Positions 9,425 through 18,825 of a DNA stretch of 64,000 nt are shown here, one piece after another. Under the pieces are notes generated by a model. That model saw nothing but the letters and a program-made list of their open reading frames with translations, did not search any database and had not been told where the DNA came from. Within the stretch, counting starts at the first letter, position 1. Every line of letters begins with the position of its first letter. This DNA comes from Thermoproteota archaeon. Lineage in GTDB: Archaea; Korarchaeota; Korarchaeia; B14-G2. The DNA lies in the NCBI GenBank assembly GCA_037917675.1, contig JAVCBW010000034.1, forward strand, positions 20,489-84,488, in the 5' to 3' direction. The position numbers and the translations under genes are program-made.

Positions 9425-10600
9425 ATGCTAGACTCTGTCATAGTCAGGTTTGGCCCAGAGATAGGTGTGAAGAGCAGCAGAGTTAGGCTTAGAATGGAGA
9501 GGAGAGTCTGCAGCCACATACTGAGGGCTCTTGAGCACTATAAGCTAGAGGTCGATGGTACAGAGTACACTTCTGGGAGGCTATACCTGTACTCTAAGGT
9601 GGCTGAGGAGGTAGCTGAGAAGGCAGCTAGAGTCTTTGGGGTGTCATCAGCTTCACCAGCTAAGGCTACATCTTCTAGCCTAAGTGAGATAGCTGATGTA
9701 GCTGTCAAGCTAGCTTCACCTGTGCTCACTGAGGGAGCTCGGTTTGCTGTCTCATGTAGGAGGGTGGGAGACCACCCATATACCAGCGGAGACGTGTGCA
9801 GCAAGGTTGGGGAAGCTATACTAGAGTCTCTAGGAGATAGGCTTGTGAGAGTCGACTTAGATAACCCTGATGTCACAGTTGGTGTCGAGGTGAGAGGAGA
9901 CAAGGCCTTCGTCTACACGAGAGTCTTGAGGGGGCCAGGAGGCTTCCCAGCCGGCTCACAGGGGAAGTCGGTTTGCTTGCTCAGTGGAGGCATAGACTCA
10001 CCTGTAGCATGCTGGCTAGTCATGAGGAGAGGGAGCCTACCAGTCTTCCTCACATTCGACAACACACCCTATGGTGGAGAGGAGCTTATTGAGAGGGCGC
10101 TAGAGTGTGCCAGAGTCCTCATGACCTGGATCATAGGCTTCAAGACGAGAGCATATGTAGTCCCACATGGGCAGCTACTAGAGAAGTTGATTGAGGGCGC
10201 ACCAAGATACCTGACATGCATACTATGTAAGAGAGCTATGCTCAGGGTAGCTGAGAAGATCGCTGCCAGAGAGCGTGCTCACGCGATAGTCACAGGTGAG
10301 AGCCTAGGGGAGCAGGCAAGCCAGACCATATGGAACCTCAAGGCCATATCTCAGGCTGTATGCAGCTTCCCAGTGCTGAGGCCTCTGATAGGCTTCGATA
10401 AGCCTGAGACAGATGAGCTGGCTAGGAGGATAGGCACATATGAGATAACAGCTAGGAAGGCAGCTGGCTGCAAGGCTGCACCAAGCAAGCCTGCTACAAG
10501 AGCTAAGCTAAGCGATGTGGCTGCAGCTGAGGAGGAGCTGAGCCTGCCAGCCATGGCCTCTGAGCTCCTCAGCAAAGCTAGGGTCGTGGAGCTCCCATAG
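9425..10600 (+). CDS. thiI: tRNA 4-thiouridine synthase (THUMP + PP-loop ATPase)
   Basis: 391 aa; PP-loop LLSGGIDSPVA; THUMP-like N-half; no rhodanese domain. Confidence 0.85.
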   Translation: MLDSVIVRFGPEIGVKSSRVRLRMERRVCSHILRALEHYKLEVDGTEYTSGRLYLYSKVAEEVAEKAARVFGVSSASPAKATSSSLSEIADVAVKLASPVLTEGARFAVSCRRVGDHPYTSGDVCSKVGEAILESLGDRLVRVDLDNPDVTVGVEVRGDKAFVYTRVLRGPGGFPAGSQGKSVCLLSGGIDSPVACWLVMRRGSLPVFLTFDNTPYGGEELIERALECARVLMTWIIGFKTRAYVVPHGQLLEKLIEGAPRYLTCILCKRAMLRVAEKIAARERAHAIVTGESLGEQASQTIWNLKAISQAVCSFPVLRPLIGFDKPETDELARRIGTYEITARKAAGCKAAPSKPATRAKLSDVAAAEEELSLPAMASELLSKARVVELP

Positions 10601-10608
10601 GTGCATGC

Positions 10609-11664
10609 ATGAGGCTGAAGCCTAGGAGCTGCTGGGTTGCTACAGGAGAGCGTGAGGCAGCTGAGGCAGCTGAGAGAGCTGGGCTGGAGCTGAGGCCTGA
10701 CGCAGAGCTGCTGGTAGTCTGTGGGGGAGACGGAACATTTGCTTCAGTAGCTAGCAGAGAGGACAGGCCTCTCCTCTTCGTCAGGAAGAGAGGGAGCATA
10801 GGGGCGCTAGCTCAGGTATCCATGAGCTCTCTAGAAGCAGCCTTGAGGAAGATAGCTAGAGAGGGCTGCTGGCTAGCTGAGATGATGAGGTTAGAGTGTA
10901 GTGGCATAGTAGCCTTCAGCGACATATATGTGACTCACAGGACAGGTGAGAGGAGCATAAGGTATAGGGTTGAGGTTGAGGGGCGAGAGCAGGTGGTCAC
11001 AGGCTCAGGCGTCATATTCTCGACGCCCCAGGGCTCATCAGGATACACCTCCTCAGCTGGAGGGCCACAGGTCAAGATACCTAGGATAGTTGTAACACAC
11101 ATATGCCCATATAGGGCCTCTAAGCTAGAGGACAGGATGATAAGGCTAGAGGAGAGGTGGCATATAGCTCAGCCAGACTCGACGGTGAAGTTCACACTCC
11201 TCCATCCTAGTGAGGCAAGCTTGCATGCTGATGGCAAGCTAATCAGGGTGGTTGAGGCTGGTGAGGAGCTCACAGTCAGGGGAGCTAAGCCAGCTAAGGT
11301 GGCTGCCTTGAGCCCAGTTGAGCCACGTAACGTGCTGCTGGCAGCAGTCTTAGAGGGCAGGAGAGGCTTTGCTGTGGTCAGGAGGAGAGGCCTCCTAGAG
11401 CTCCCCTCAGCAGAGTATAGGGGACTGGAGTCAGCTGAGGAGCTGGCCTCTAGCTTAGGCTGCAGCCTAGTAGCTTGCAGGGAGTTCTATCATCATGCTG
11501 AGCAGGAAGCATACTATGTTGCCTGCCTCCTTGAAGCCAGAGGCTCTCCAAGCCATAGGCTATGGGCTTCCCCAAGGGCTCTGCCTCCATCAGCATTCGC
11601 GAGGTGGAGCTGGAGATCCCTATACGAGTACTACAGGTGGAGAGGCAAGGTCATAGGAGAGTAG
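10609..11664 (+). CDS. nadK: NAD kinase with about 100-aa C-terminal extension
   Basis: VVCGGDGTF and GVIFSTPQGSSGYTSSAGGP motifs; 351 aa versus about 250-280 typical. Confidence 0.7.
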   Translation: MRLKPRSCWVATGEREAAEAAERAGLELRPDAELLVVCGGDGTFASVASREDRPLLFVRKRGSIGALAQVSMSSLEAALRKIAREGCWLAEMMRLECSGIVAFSDIYVTHRTGERSIRYRVEVEGREQVVTGSGVIFSTPQGSSGYTSSAGGPQVKIPRIVVTHICPYRASKLEDRMIRLEERWHIAQPDSTVKFTLLHPSEASLHADGKLIRVVEAGEELTVRGAKPAKVAALSPVEPRNVLLAAVLEGRRGFAVVRRRGLLELPSAEYRGLESAEELASSLGCSLVACREFYHHAEQEAYYVACLLEARGSPSHRLWASPRALPPSAFARWSWRSLYEYYRWRGKVIGE

Positions 11665-11665
11665 C

Positions 11666-13270
11666 TTGCTCACGCTCATAGTTGACGCGCTAGCCTCAGG
11701 GAGAGGCTGGAGAGCTTCAGCTAGAGACGCTATAGGAGCAGGCCCAAGAGCTATAGCTGGAGTCCTCGAGAGGCATGGGCTAGAGTGCAGGATAGCTAGA
11801 GCTGAGGAAGCACTGAGAGAAAGGAGGCTCCTCATGAATGCAGGCGTCATCTTGGCTTCAGCTATGACCATGGACATCGAAGCTCTTAGGAGGCTCTCAT
11901 ATGCTGTGAAGCTCAAGAGCCCTGAGACCCCCATGGTGGCTGGAGGGCCAGCTGCATCAGACCCATATGCTCTCCTCTCGAGGACCCTGTTCGACATAGC
12001 TGTAATAGGAGAGGGAGAGAAGACCCTAGAGGAGCTCCTGAGCATAGGGCTCTCAAGGGGAGCCATACCAGACCCAGACGACCTCAAGTCTGTAAGGGGG
12101 CTGGCATATAGGTGGAGAGGCAGAGTTGTAGTCACAGAGCAGAGGCCTCTGATGTCAGGGGGAGAGCTAGACTCCTATAGGCCGTCAGTGAGGAGGGTAG
12201 CTGACTACCCACACTACTTTGCTGCCAGAGTGTATGTTGAGGTTGTGAGAGGGTGTAGTAACTTCAAGAGGACGTCTCTGAAGCTGAGGAGTGGCTTAGA
12301 GTGCACTGGCTGCAACAGGTGTAGCAGTGGGAGCTTAGCTGAGAGGCTGAGCTGCCCAGCTGGGATAAGGCCAGGATGCGGGTACTGCTCAGTCCCATCG
12401 CTACATGGGCCACCTAGGTCGAGGAGCATCGAGTCCATAACATCAGAGGTCAGGGAGCTCATAGCTCTCGGAGTACATAGGATCGTACTTAGCGCACCAG
12501 ACTTCCTAGACTACATGAGAGAAAAGCTTGTAGAGCCTGAGCCTCTGACAGACCCTAGGAGCCCAGAGCCAAACTACAGTGCCATAGAGGAGCTGCTAGC
12601 TTCCCTGAGGAGCATCGCAGAGGAGTCAGGCGCATACATCATGGTAGAGAACATAAAGCCTTCTCTATTCACTGAGAGAGCTGCTAGGATCCTAGCAGAG
12701 TACCTTCCTGGGACTCCAGTGCACATAGGCTGTGAGACAGGAGACCCAGCTCACTCTAGGATGCTAGGCAGGCCATCAGCTCCATCTGAGGCTCTTGAGG
12801 CAGCTAGGAGGGCAGCGAGACACGGCTTGAGGCCCTACGTGTACTTCATACATGGCCTGCCAGCACAGACACGTGAGACAGTTGAGAGGACAGTGGAGCT
12901 CATAGAGAAGCTTGATGAAGCTGGGGTTGAGAAGGTCACAGTCTATAGGTTTAAGCCTCTCCCGATGTCAGCTTTCGAGCATGAGCCTCCAGGTAGGCCT
13001 GCCTCCAGAGACCCACTGAGCTACAGGATAGTTGAAGCAGCTAGGCAGCTGAACACAAGGAGGAAGATGAGGCTAGTAGGCAAGAGGATGAAGGTCATAG
13101 TTGCAGAGCCACATCCTAGGCACAGGAGATATGCCTATGCATACCCGCTGGAGGATGGGCCAGCAGTGCTGCTAGTAGATGGAGCTGCCATGATAGCTAG
13201 CGTGGTTGAAGCTAAGGTGACTAGAGTCCTTTCAGATAGGCTTGTTGAAGCTGAGGTCTCTGGTAGCTGA
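11666..13270 (+). CDS. Radical SAM protein with B12-binding-like N-domain and TRAM-like C-terminus
   Basis: 534 aa; VEVVRGC...GCGYC cluster motif interrupted by a Cys-rich insert; C-terminal beta-rich KVIVAE...AKVTRVL. Confidence 0.6.
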   Translation: MLTLIVDALASGRGWRASARDAIGAGPRAIAGVLERHGLECRIARAEEALRERRLLMNAGVILASAMTMDIEALRRLSYAVKLKSPETPMVAGGPAASDPYALLSRTLFDIAVIGEGEKTLEELLSIGLSRGAIPDPDDLKSVRGLAYRWRGRVVVTEQRPLMSGGELDSYRPSVRRVADYPHYFAARVYVEVVRGCSNFKRTSLKLRSGLECTGCNRCSSGSLAERLSCPAGIRPGCGYCSVPSLHGPPRSRSIESITSEVRELIALGVHRIVLSAPDFLDYMREKLVEPEPLTDPRSPEPNYSAIEELLASLRSIAEESGAYIMVENIKPSLFTERAARILAEYLPGTPVHIGCETGDPAHSRMLGRPSAPSEALEAARRAARHGLRPYVYFIHGLPAQTRETVERTVELIEKLDEAGVEKVTVYRFKPLPMSAFEHEPPGRPASRDPLSYRIVEAARQLNTRRKMRLVGKRMKVIVAEPHPRHRRYAYAYPLEDGPAVLLVDGAAMIASVVEAKVTRVLSDRLVEAEVSGS

Positions 13271-13294
13271 AGCCAGCTGCCTCACGATGAAATC

Positions 13295-13302
13295 TTTAAA
13301 TA
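13295..13302 (+). promoter_or_regulatory. TATA-like box (TTTAAATA)
   Basis: Centre lies about 24 nt upstream of ATG 13322, favouring a leaderless start there rather than at 13313. Confidence 0.4.
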
Positions 13303-13321
13303 CTTCTGTGCCATGGCACAC

Positions 13322-13684
13322 ATGGTGCTCAGGTTGAAGATAGCTCTAGCATGTAGGAGCAAGAAGGGGTTAAGCAGCCAGCTCTCAGATGTCTTCGCTA
13401 GGTCAGCCTACTTCACGCTCGTCAAGTTAGAAGGCTGTGAGCCTAGGGAAGTCGAGGTCATCGAGAACCCGTACCTAAGCCTCAAGCATGGCATAGGCCC
13501 ACTGATATGTGTCATGCTCAAGAAGGAAGGTGTAGAAGCTGTTGTAGCAGGAGACTTCGGCCCGACAGTCAAGCAGCTCCTGAGGGAGCTTGACATAAGG
13601 CCAGTAAGGGTGAGAGCTGGCCTGAAGGTCTCTGAGGCAATCAAGGAGGTCTGCAGCATGCTACAGGCTAGAAGCTCAGCATAG
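13322..13684 (+). CDS. NifX/NifB-type (dinitrogenase FeMo-cofactor-binding fold) small protein
   Basis: About 120 aa; pattern FARSAYFTLVKLEG...VEAVVAGDFGP typical of this fold; ORF opens at 13313. Confidence 0.6.
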   Translation: MVLRLKIALACRSKKGLSSQLSDVFARSAYFTLVKLEGCEPREVEVIENPYLSLKHGIGPLICVMLKKEGVEAVVAGDFGPTVKQLLRELDIRPVRVRAGLKVSEAIKEVCSMLQARSSA

Positions 13685-13742
13685 GCTTAAAGCATGCTGC
13701 TAGCGTACACAACTGTTATTAATCTCAGCATAGCTCAGGAGG

Positions 13743-14600
13743 GTGGTGTCAGAGATGCGAGAGCAGGCTGCTGAGCGCAGAGAGCTACCTGTGAGGCGTG
13801 AGCAGCCTAAAGGGACTGAGCTGGCTGGCATGAAGGACGTGAAGCATAAGATATCTGTGATGTCAGGGAAGGGAGGAGTAGGTAAGACTACTGTAGCAGT
13901 GAACCTGGCTTTCACACTAGCCTGGAAGGGCTACTCAACTGGGATCCTAGATGCAGACATACATGGGCCTGATGTCCCAAAGATGCTGGGTCTCGAGGGA
14001 GAGCATCCTATAGTAACGAACTCTGGCATCCTACCTGTCCCAGGGCCACTTAACATAAAGGTCATGTCAATGGAGCTCCTCCTAGTGGACTCAAGCACCC
14101 CAGTGATATGGAGAGGGCCTCTGAAGATGCGTGCAATAGAGCAGTTCCTCAGCGAGGTGCTATGGGGCTACCTAGACTTCCTGATAATAGATCTCCCACC
14201 TGGAACAGGAGATGAGCCTCTTAGCATAATGCAGCTCATACCAGACATGAGCGGCGTGATCATAGTGACAACACCACAGGAGGTCGCCTTGCTAGATGTG
14301 AGGAAGGCTATCAACATGGCTAAGAAGCTAAACGTCAGGGTCCTCGGCATAATAGAGAACATGTCTGGCTTCACCTGCCCAAAGTGCGGTGAGACAACGT
14401 ACATATTCGGTGTAGGTGGAGGAGAGAAGGCTGCTAGAGAGCTAGGCATCCCCTTCCTAGGGAGGCTCCCAATAGACGTGAGGGTCAGAGAGGTGAGTGA
14501 CGAGGGCAAGCCCTTCGTACTGGAGCACAGAGAGAGCGAGGTGAGCAAGTCCTTCATGGAGGTCGTTGAGAAGATAGAGAGGGCCCTCGGGCTAGCCTAG
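13743..14600 (+). CDS. apbC: Mrp/NBP35 (ApbC) Fe-S cluster carrier ATPase
   Basis: Deviant Walker [16 protein letters not shown] motif; alternative starts at ATG 13755 and 13830. Confidence 0.85.
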   Translation: MVSEMREQAAERRELPVRREQPKGTELAGMKDVKHKISVMSGKGGVGKTTVAVNLAFTLAWKGYSTGILDADIHGPDVPKMLGLEGEHPIVTNSGILPVPGPLNIKVMSMELLLVDSSTPVIWRGPLKMRAIEQFLSEVLWGYLDFLIIDLPPGTGDEPLSIMQLIPDMSGVIIVTTPQEVALLDVRKAINMAKKLNVRVLGIIENMSGFTCPKCGETTYIFGVGGGEKAARELGIPFLGRLPIDVRVREVSDEGKPFVLEHRESEVSKSFMEVVEKIERALGLA

Positions 14601-14988
14601 CTACCTTAGAGAGGTACCTTGAGAGCTTAACGTCCTCTGCCTCAACCCTATAGAGCCTCCCCTTATAGACGACGTAGTGTAGAGCCTCAAACCCCCCGAT
14701 CAGCTTCCTCACCTCCTCGACAAGCATGTGTAGCTGGACACAGTGTGGTGAGCCATCTACACTCAAGGCTACAACCTCGCTCAGATTAGATGCTCTGGCA
14801 GCGCAAGCAAGCTTGTAGGCTACCATGTTATAGTGCTCTCTCTCAAGGCAGACTGATGCAGCAAACCTGCCTTCTGAGAGAGCTCTAAGGTGCTCTGGCC
14901 ACTCCACCTCTATGCAGGAGCCATAGAGGAGCAGCTTACCCAGCTCCCTGAGCCTCCTCGAGCCCACGTTCGTCTCCATGAACTCCAT
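14554..14988 (-). CDS. Hypothetical 144-aa protein with 4 Cys, fifth gene of the hdr operon
   Basis: ATG shares 1 nt with the hdrB stop; no recognisable family; 3' end overlaps the converging apbC by 47 nt. Confidence 0.4.
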   Translation of the reverse strand: MEFMETNVGSRRLRELGKLLLYGSCIEVEWPEHLRALSEGRFAASVCLEREHYNMVAYKLACAARASNLSEVVALSVDGSPHCVQLHMLVEEVRKLIGGFEALHYVVYKGRLYRVEAEDVKLSRYLSKVARLARGPSLSSQRPP

Positions 14989-15860
14989 TACCCCAGCCTC
15001 TCAAGCACCTTCTCAACTGGGCTAGAGTTCAGGTCGAGCCCAAGCTCCTCCTCACTGAGCTCTAGCGCAAGCCCAACTAGCTGAGTAGCATAGAGCACTG
15101 GCATAGACAGGGGCTTGCCTACAGCAGCTGCAGCAGCCTTCTGGCTTTGATCAAGCATCTTCATACAGTGTGGGCATGGTGTCACAATGAGGTCAGCTCC
15201 CCTCTCCTGTACTGCAGCGATCTTCTCTCCTGCAAGGGTGAGTGCAGCCTCCCTCCTAGTGTATACTAGGATTCCTCCACAGCAGCTGAGCTTCTCAGGA
15301 TAGTCTATTGGCTCTCCTCCAATAGCCTCGACTATGGCTTCTATTCTCCCTGGGCTCTCAGAGTGGTCTGGCCTAGGCATGTCACTTGGCCTCAAGGTCT
15401 GGCAGCCATAGTGTGCAGCCACCTTGAGGCCACTGATCCCTCTTCTCTCAGCTAGCTTACCTGACTCAGCTGCCTCAGCTAGCACAGTCAGTATGCTGAC
15501 TGCTCTAGCTCTGCCAGCATACCTCAGCCCCTCCTGGCCTAGCAGCTCCAGGACCTTGCTCCTGAGCTCTCTGCTATGCTCCAGCACCCTTCTAGCCTCT
15601 GAGATGTGGAAGTCGCAGACGCTACATAGCGTGAGCAGGCTCCCACCCTGCTCCTCAGCTAGAGCTAGGTTCCTAGCTGACAGGTAGAGCCAGGCAAGCA
15701 TGCTCGCGCTTCTCACAGGCATGCCGCAGCAGGAGAGGCCCTCAGCCTCCCTATAGGGTATCTCAAGCGCCTCAAGCACCCGCCTAGCTGAGAGCTCACA
15801 TGCATAGAGCTCTGTTGAAGCTAGGCACCCAGGGTAGATCACAAGCTCCAGCTCACCCAC
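14988..15860 (-). CDS. hdrB: Heterodisulfide reductase subunit B
   Basis: 290 aa; two CCG-domain signatures (LSCCGMP, LSCCGG). Confidence 0.85.
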   Translation of the reverse strand: MGELELVIYPGCLASTELYACELSARRVLEALEIPYREAEGLSCCGMPVRSASMLAWLYLSARNLALAEEQGGSLLTLCSVCDFHISEARRVLEHSRELRSKVLELLGQEGLRYAGRARAVSILTVLAEAAESGKLAERRGISGLKVAAHYGCQTLRPSDMPRPDHSESPGRIEAIVEAIGGEPIDYPEKLSCCGGILVYTRREAALTLAGEKIAAVQERGADLIVTPCPHCMKMLDQSQKAAAAAVGKPLSMPVLYATQLVGLALELSEEELGLDLNSSPVEKVLERLG

Positions 15861-16395
15861 CTAAGACCACCTCCAGCGTGCTCATCAAGGCCTCAGCGAA
15901 CGCATCCATCCTCCTAGGCCTAGAGGCAGGAGGGAGCCCTAGCTTCTCTCTCGTGTACCTCCTCCCACTCCTCCCAACAGCCTCTCTAGGCTCCTGTATG
16001 AGCCCAGTGTCCAGTATGGACATCACCATCTTAGAGAGCTCCTCAGGCAGCTCAGCTCCCCTAGACACCGCGATGGACCTCAGCTTCAGTATTATGTCTA
16101 CTGGAGAAACGCTCTGGGGGCATCTCTCTCTACACTGCAGGCACTGGGCACATGCCCATATTATCTCTGACCCAGCTAGCTCCTCTATGAAGCCGTCTCT
16201 AGCTAGAGCAGCGATCTCATGTGGCTTCAGCTCAAGCAGCCTCATTGAGGTGCATCCTCCACTACATCTGCCACAGAGGTAGCAGTAGTCTGGTGTGCTC
16301 AGCCCAAGCTCAAGCAGCTCCCTATAGACTTCCCTCTTGAGCTCAGGCTTCTCTTCAGCTAGGGTAAGCAGGTCTACTAGAGCCATGTTAGCCAC
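15853..16395 (-). CDS. hdrC: Heterodisulfide reductase subunit C
   Basis: 180 aa; two ferredoxin-type motifs CYLCGRCSGGC and CAQCLQCRERCP. Confidence 0.8.
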   Translation of the reverse strand: MANMALVDLLTLAEEKPELKREVYRELLELGLSTPDYCYLCGRCSGGCTSMRLLELKPHEIAALARDGFIEELAGSEIIWACAQCLQCRERCPQSVSPVDIILKLRSIAVSRGAELPEELSKMVMSILDTGLIQEPREAVGRSGRRYTREKLGLPPASRPRRMDAFAEALMSTLEVVLGG

Positions 16396-16789
16396 CTCTC
16401 AGAGGCCCAAGCTCCCTGAGCTCCTCAGTGAACATCCTTACCACCTCAGCGAACTTCTGGCCCTCAGAGGCTGAGATCCACTCCAGCCTGAGTCTTTCAG
16501 ACTCTATCCCGAGCTCAGGGAGGAGCTTCCTGACGAGTAGGAACCTCCTCAAAGCCTTCATGTTCCCAGCCATGTAGTGGCAGTCTCCAGGGTGGCAGCC
16601 TGCTATCAGAACTCCATCTGCTCCATGCTTGAATGCTGCAAGCACTAAGCTTGCGTCGACTCTGCCAGTACACATCACTCTGACTATCCGCACGCTAGGA
16701 GGATACTCTATCCTAGAGGTGCCAGCTAGGTCTGCTCCAGCATAGCTGCACCAGTTACAGCAGAAGGCTATGATCAAAGGCTCCTTCAA
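16388..16789 (-). CDS. mvhD: MvhD-type (methyl-viologen-reducing hydrogenase delta subunit-like) protein
   Basis: 133 aa; AFCCNWCSYAGADLAG signature. Confidence 0.8.
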   Translation of the reverse strand: MKEPLIIAFCCNWCSYAGADLAGTSRIEYPPSVRIVRVMCTGRVDASLVLAAFKHGADGVLIAGCHPGDCHYMAGNMKALRRFLLVRKLLPELGIESERLRLEWISASEGQKFAEVVRMFTEELRELGPLRGG

Positions 16790-18762
16790 GCTCTCACCTC
16801 AGCTAAGGCTTCAACCTGCCTGTGGAGCTGCTCGTCTGTGAAGCCAAGCTGCTGTATGGCTCCACTTGGGCAGGCTGCTGCACAGGCTCCACACCCTCTA
16901 CAGAGGGCTGGAGTAACCTCAGCGACAGTCCTCCCCTCCTTCTCAGTGAGGCTTATCGCATTATAGCTACAAGTCTCAACACAGACCCCACAGCCACCAC
17001 AGAGTTCAGTGTCGACTGTAACTATGTGGGGTGGGAGCTCGACTACCCCAGCTGACATCAGTGATACTGCCTGAGCTGCAGCTGCGCCAGCTTGAGCTAC
17101 AGTGTCAGGTATGTCCTTTGGGCCCTGCGCGGACCCTGCTAGGAACACTCCTGAGACAGCTGTCTCAACAGGCCTCAGCTTCGGGTGTAGCTCAAGCAGG
17201 AAGCCATCTGGGCCAGCTGGAAGCTTCAGCTTCTCCCTTATCTCAGCTGTCCCATCACTTGGGACCACACCGTTCTCTAGGATCACGAGGTCTACTGTGA
17301 CCCTATATGGCCTAGCTGTCCCAGTGTCCCATATGTCGAATGTCAGAGTGCCATCTGGGTTCTCTCTGATCTCACCTGGCTTCCCCCTTATGACCACAAC
17401 ATTCCCTAGGCTTCTGACCTTCCTATAGAACTCCTCGAATCCCTTGCCAAAGGACCTCATGTCCATGAAGCACAGGACTATCTCAGCTTCTGGATTGCTG
17501 CCATGCACATAGTAGGCATGCTTAAGCCCACACATGCAGCCTATCCTACAGCAGTATGGGAGGTGCTTCTCGTCTCTGGAGCCTACACAGAGGAGTATAG
17601 CTACCCTCCTAGGAGGCTTCCCATCTGATGGCCTCAGGATCCTTCCTGCTGTAGGACCTCCAGCTGAGGAGAGCCTCTCTAGCTCTAGGCCTGTTATGAC
17701 GTTCCTGAACCTGCCGTAGCCATACTCTGGGATCTCCCTTGGGTCTAGCAGCTTGAAGCCTGTAGCTACGACTACTGCTCCAACCTCTACCTCCTCTACT
17801 CTGTCTTCCTGCTTGAAGTCTATGGCTTCAGCTGGGCAAACCTTCTCACATACTCTACAGACCTCCTTCGTGAAGTAGAGGCAGTGCTCTCTGTCTATGA
17901 CAGGCCTCCTTGGGACAGCTTGAGGGAACTGGAAGTATATTGCAGTCCTATATCCTAGGCCCTCATTGAACTCGTCTGGGATCTTCTTGACAGGACACTT
18001 CTCAGTGCAAAGCCCGCAGCCAACACACTTGCTCCAGTCTACGTATGCTGCTTTCCTCCTCACCTTAACCTTGAAGTCTCCAACATAGCCTTCTATGCTC
18101 TCAACCTCAGAGTATGTCATCAGCTCTATGTTAGGGTGGCTTGCAGCCTCAGCCATCAATGGAGTTAGGATGCACTGTGAGCAGTCTAGAGTTGGAAACG
18201 TCTTATCAAGCTTAGCCATGTGCCCTCCTATGCTAGGCTGCCTCTCAACAAGATAGACTTTGAACCCAGCATTAGCTATGTCGAGTGCAGCTCTTATCCC
18301 AGCTATCCCCCCTCCTATCACGAGAGCTGCAGGCTTGACTGCGACCTTCTGGGTCTCTATGGGCTCTAGGAGGGATGCTTTCGCTACCGCGCCAGCTATG
18401 AGCGCCTTGGCCTTCTCCAGGGCCTTCTCTGGCTCTGAGCTATGGACCCATGTGACATGCTCTCTTATGTTAGCGAACTCGAGGAGGTGAGGGTTTACCC
18501 CAGCCTTCTCAAGGACCCTCTGAAATGTCTGCTCATGCATCTTTGGGCTGCAGGCTGCTATCACAACCCTGTTCACTCCAAGCTCCTTTATGTCCTTGGC
18601 TACCAGCTCCTGCCCTGGGGAAGAGCACATGTAAGGATAGTCTCTAGCAACCACTACCCCAGGGAGCTTCGAGGCATACTCTGCTAGCTTAGAGACATCT
18701 ATGACTCCAGCTATGTTCTTGCCGCAGTGGCATATGTAGACGCCGACTCTAGCCTCGCTCAT
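16786..18762 (-). CDS. hdrA: Heterodisulfide reductase subunit A (FAD, multiple 4Fe-4S)
   Basis: GGGIAGI dinucleotide fold; CVGCGLCTEKCP, CGGCGVCVETC and CRGCGACAAACP motifs. ORF opens at 18783, but ATG 18762 (MSEARVGVYICHCG) fits the TATA at 18793. Confidence 0.9.
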   Translation of the reverse strand: MSEARVGVYICHCGKNIAGVIDVSKLAEYASKLPGVVVARDYPYMCSSPGQELVAKDIKELGVNRVVIAACSPKMHEQTFQRVLEKAGVNPHLLEFANIREHVTWVHSSEPEKALEKAKALIAGAVAKASLLEPIETQKVAVKPAALVIGGGIAGIRAALDIANAGFKVYLVERQPSIGGHMAKLDKTFPTLDCSQCILTPLMAEAASHPNIELMTYSEVESIEGYVGDFKVKVRRKAAYVDWSKCVGCGLCTEKCPVKKIPDEFNEGLGYRTAIYFQFPQAVPRRPVIDREHCLYFTKEVCRVCEKVCPAEAIDFKQEDRVEEVEVGAVVVATGFKLLDPREIPEYGYGRFRNVITGLELERLSSAGGPTAGRILRPSDGKPPRRVAILLCVGSRDEKHLPYCCRIGCMCGLKHAYYVHGSNPEAEIVLCFMDMRSFGKGFEEFYRKVRSLGNVVVIRGKPGEIRENPDGTLTFDIWDTGTARPYRVTVDLVILENGVVPSDGTAEIREKLKLPAGPDGFLLELHPKLRPVETAVSGVFLAGSAQGPKDIPDTVAQAGAAAAQAVSLMSAGVVELPPHIVTVDTELCGGCGVCVETCSYNAISLTEKEGRTVAEVTPALCRGCGACAAACPSGAIQQLGFTDEQLHRQVEALAEVRA

Positions 18763-18792
18763 AAGCTGCCCTAACCGCCTCACTAGCCCACG

Positions 18793-18800
18793 TTTTTAAA
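18793..18800 (-). promoter_or_regulatory. TATA box (minus-strand TTTAAAAA) of the hdr operon, flanked by a 5-bp inverted repeat
   Basis: CCCAC (18787-18791) / GTGGG (18802-18806) bracket the AT-rich box; centre lies about 34 nt from ATG 18762. Confidence 0.45.
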
Positions 18801-18825
18801 GGTGGGCTACTCCAGCCTATCTGCT

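Noticed and set aside
11620-12135. 171-aa minus-strand ORF
   Set aside because: It lies antisense to the radical SAM gene at 11666-13270 and has Ser/Leu/Ala/Pro-rich low complexity.
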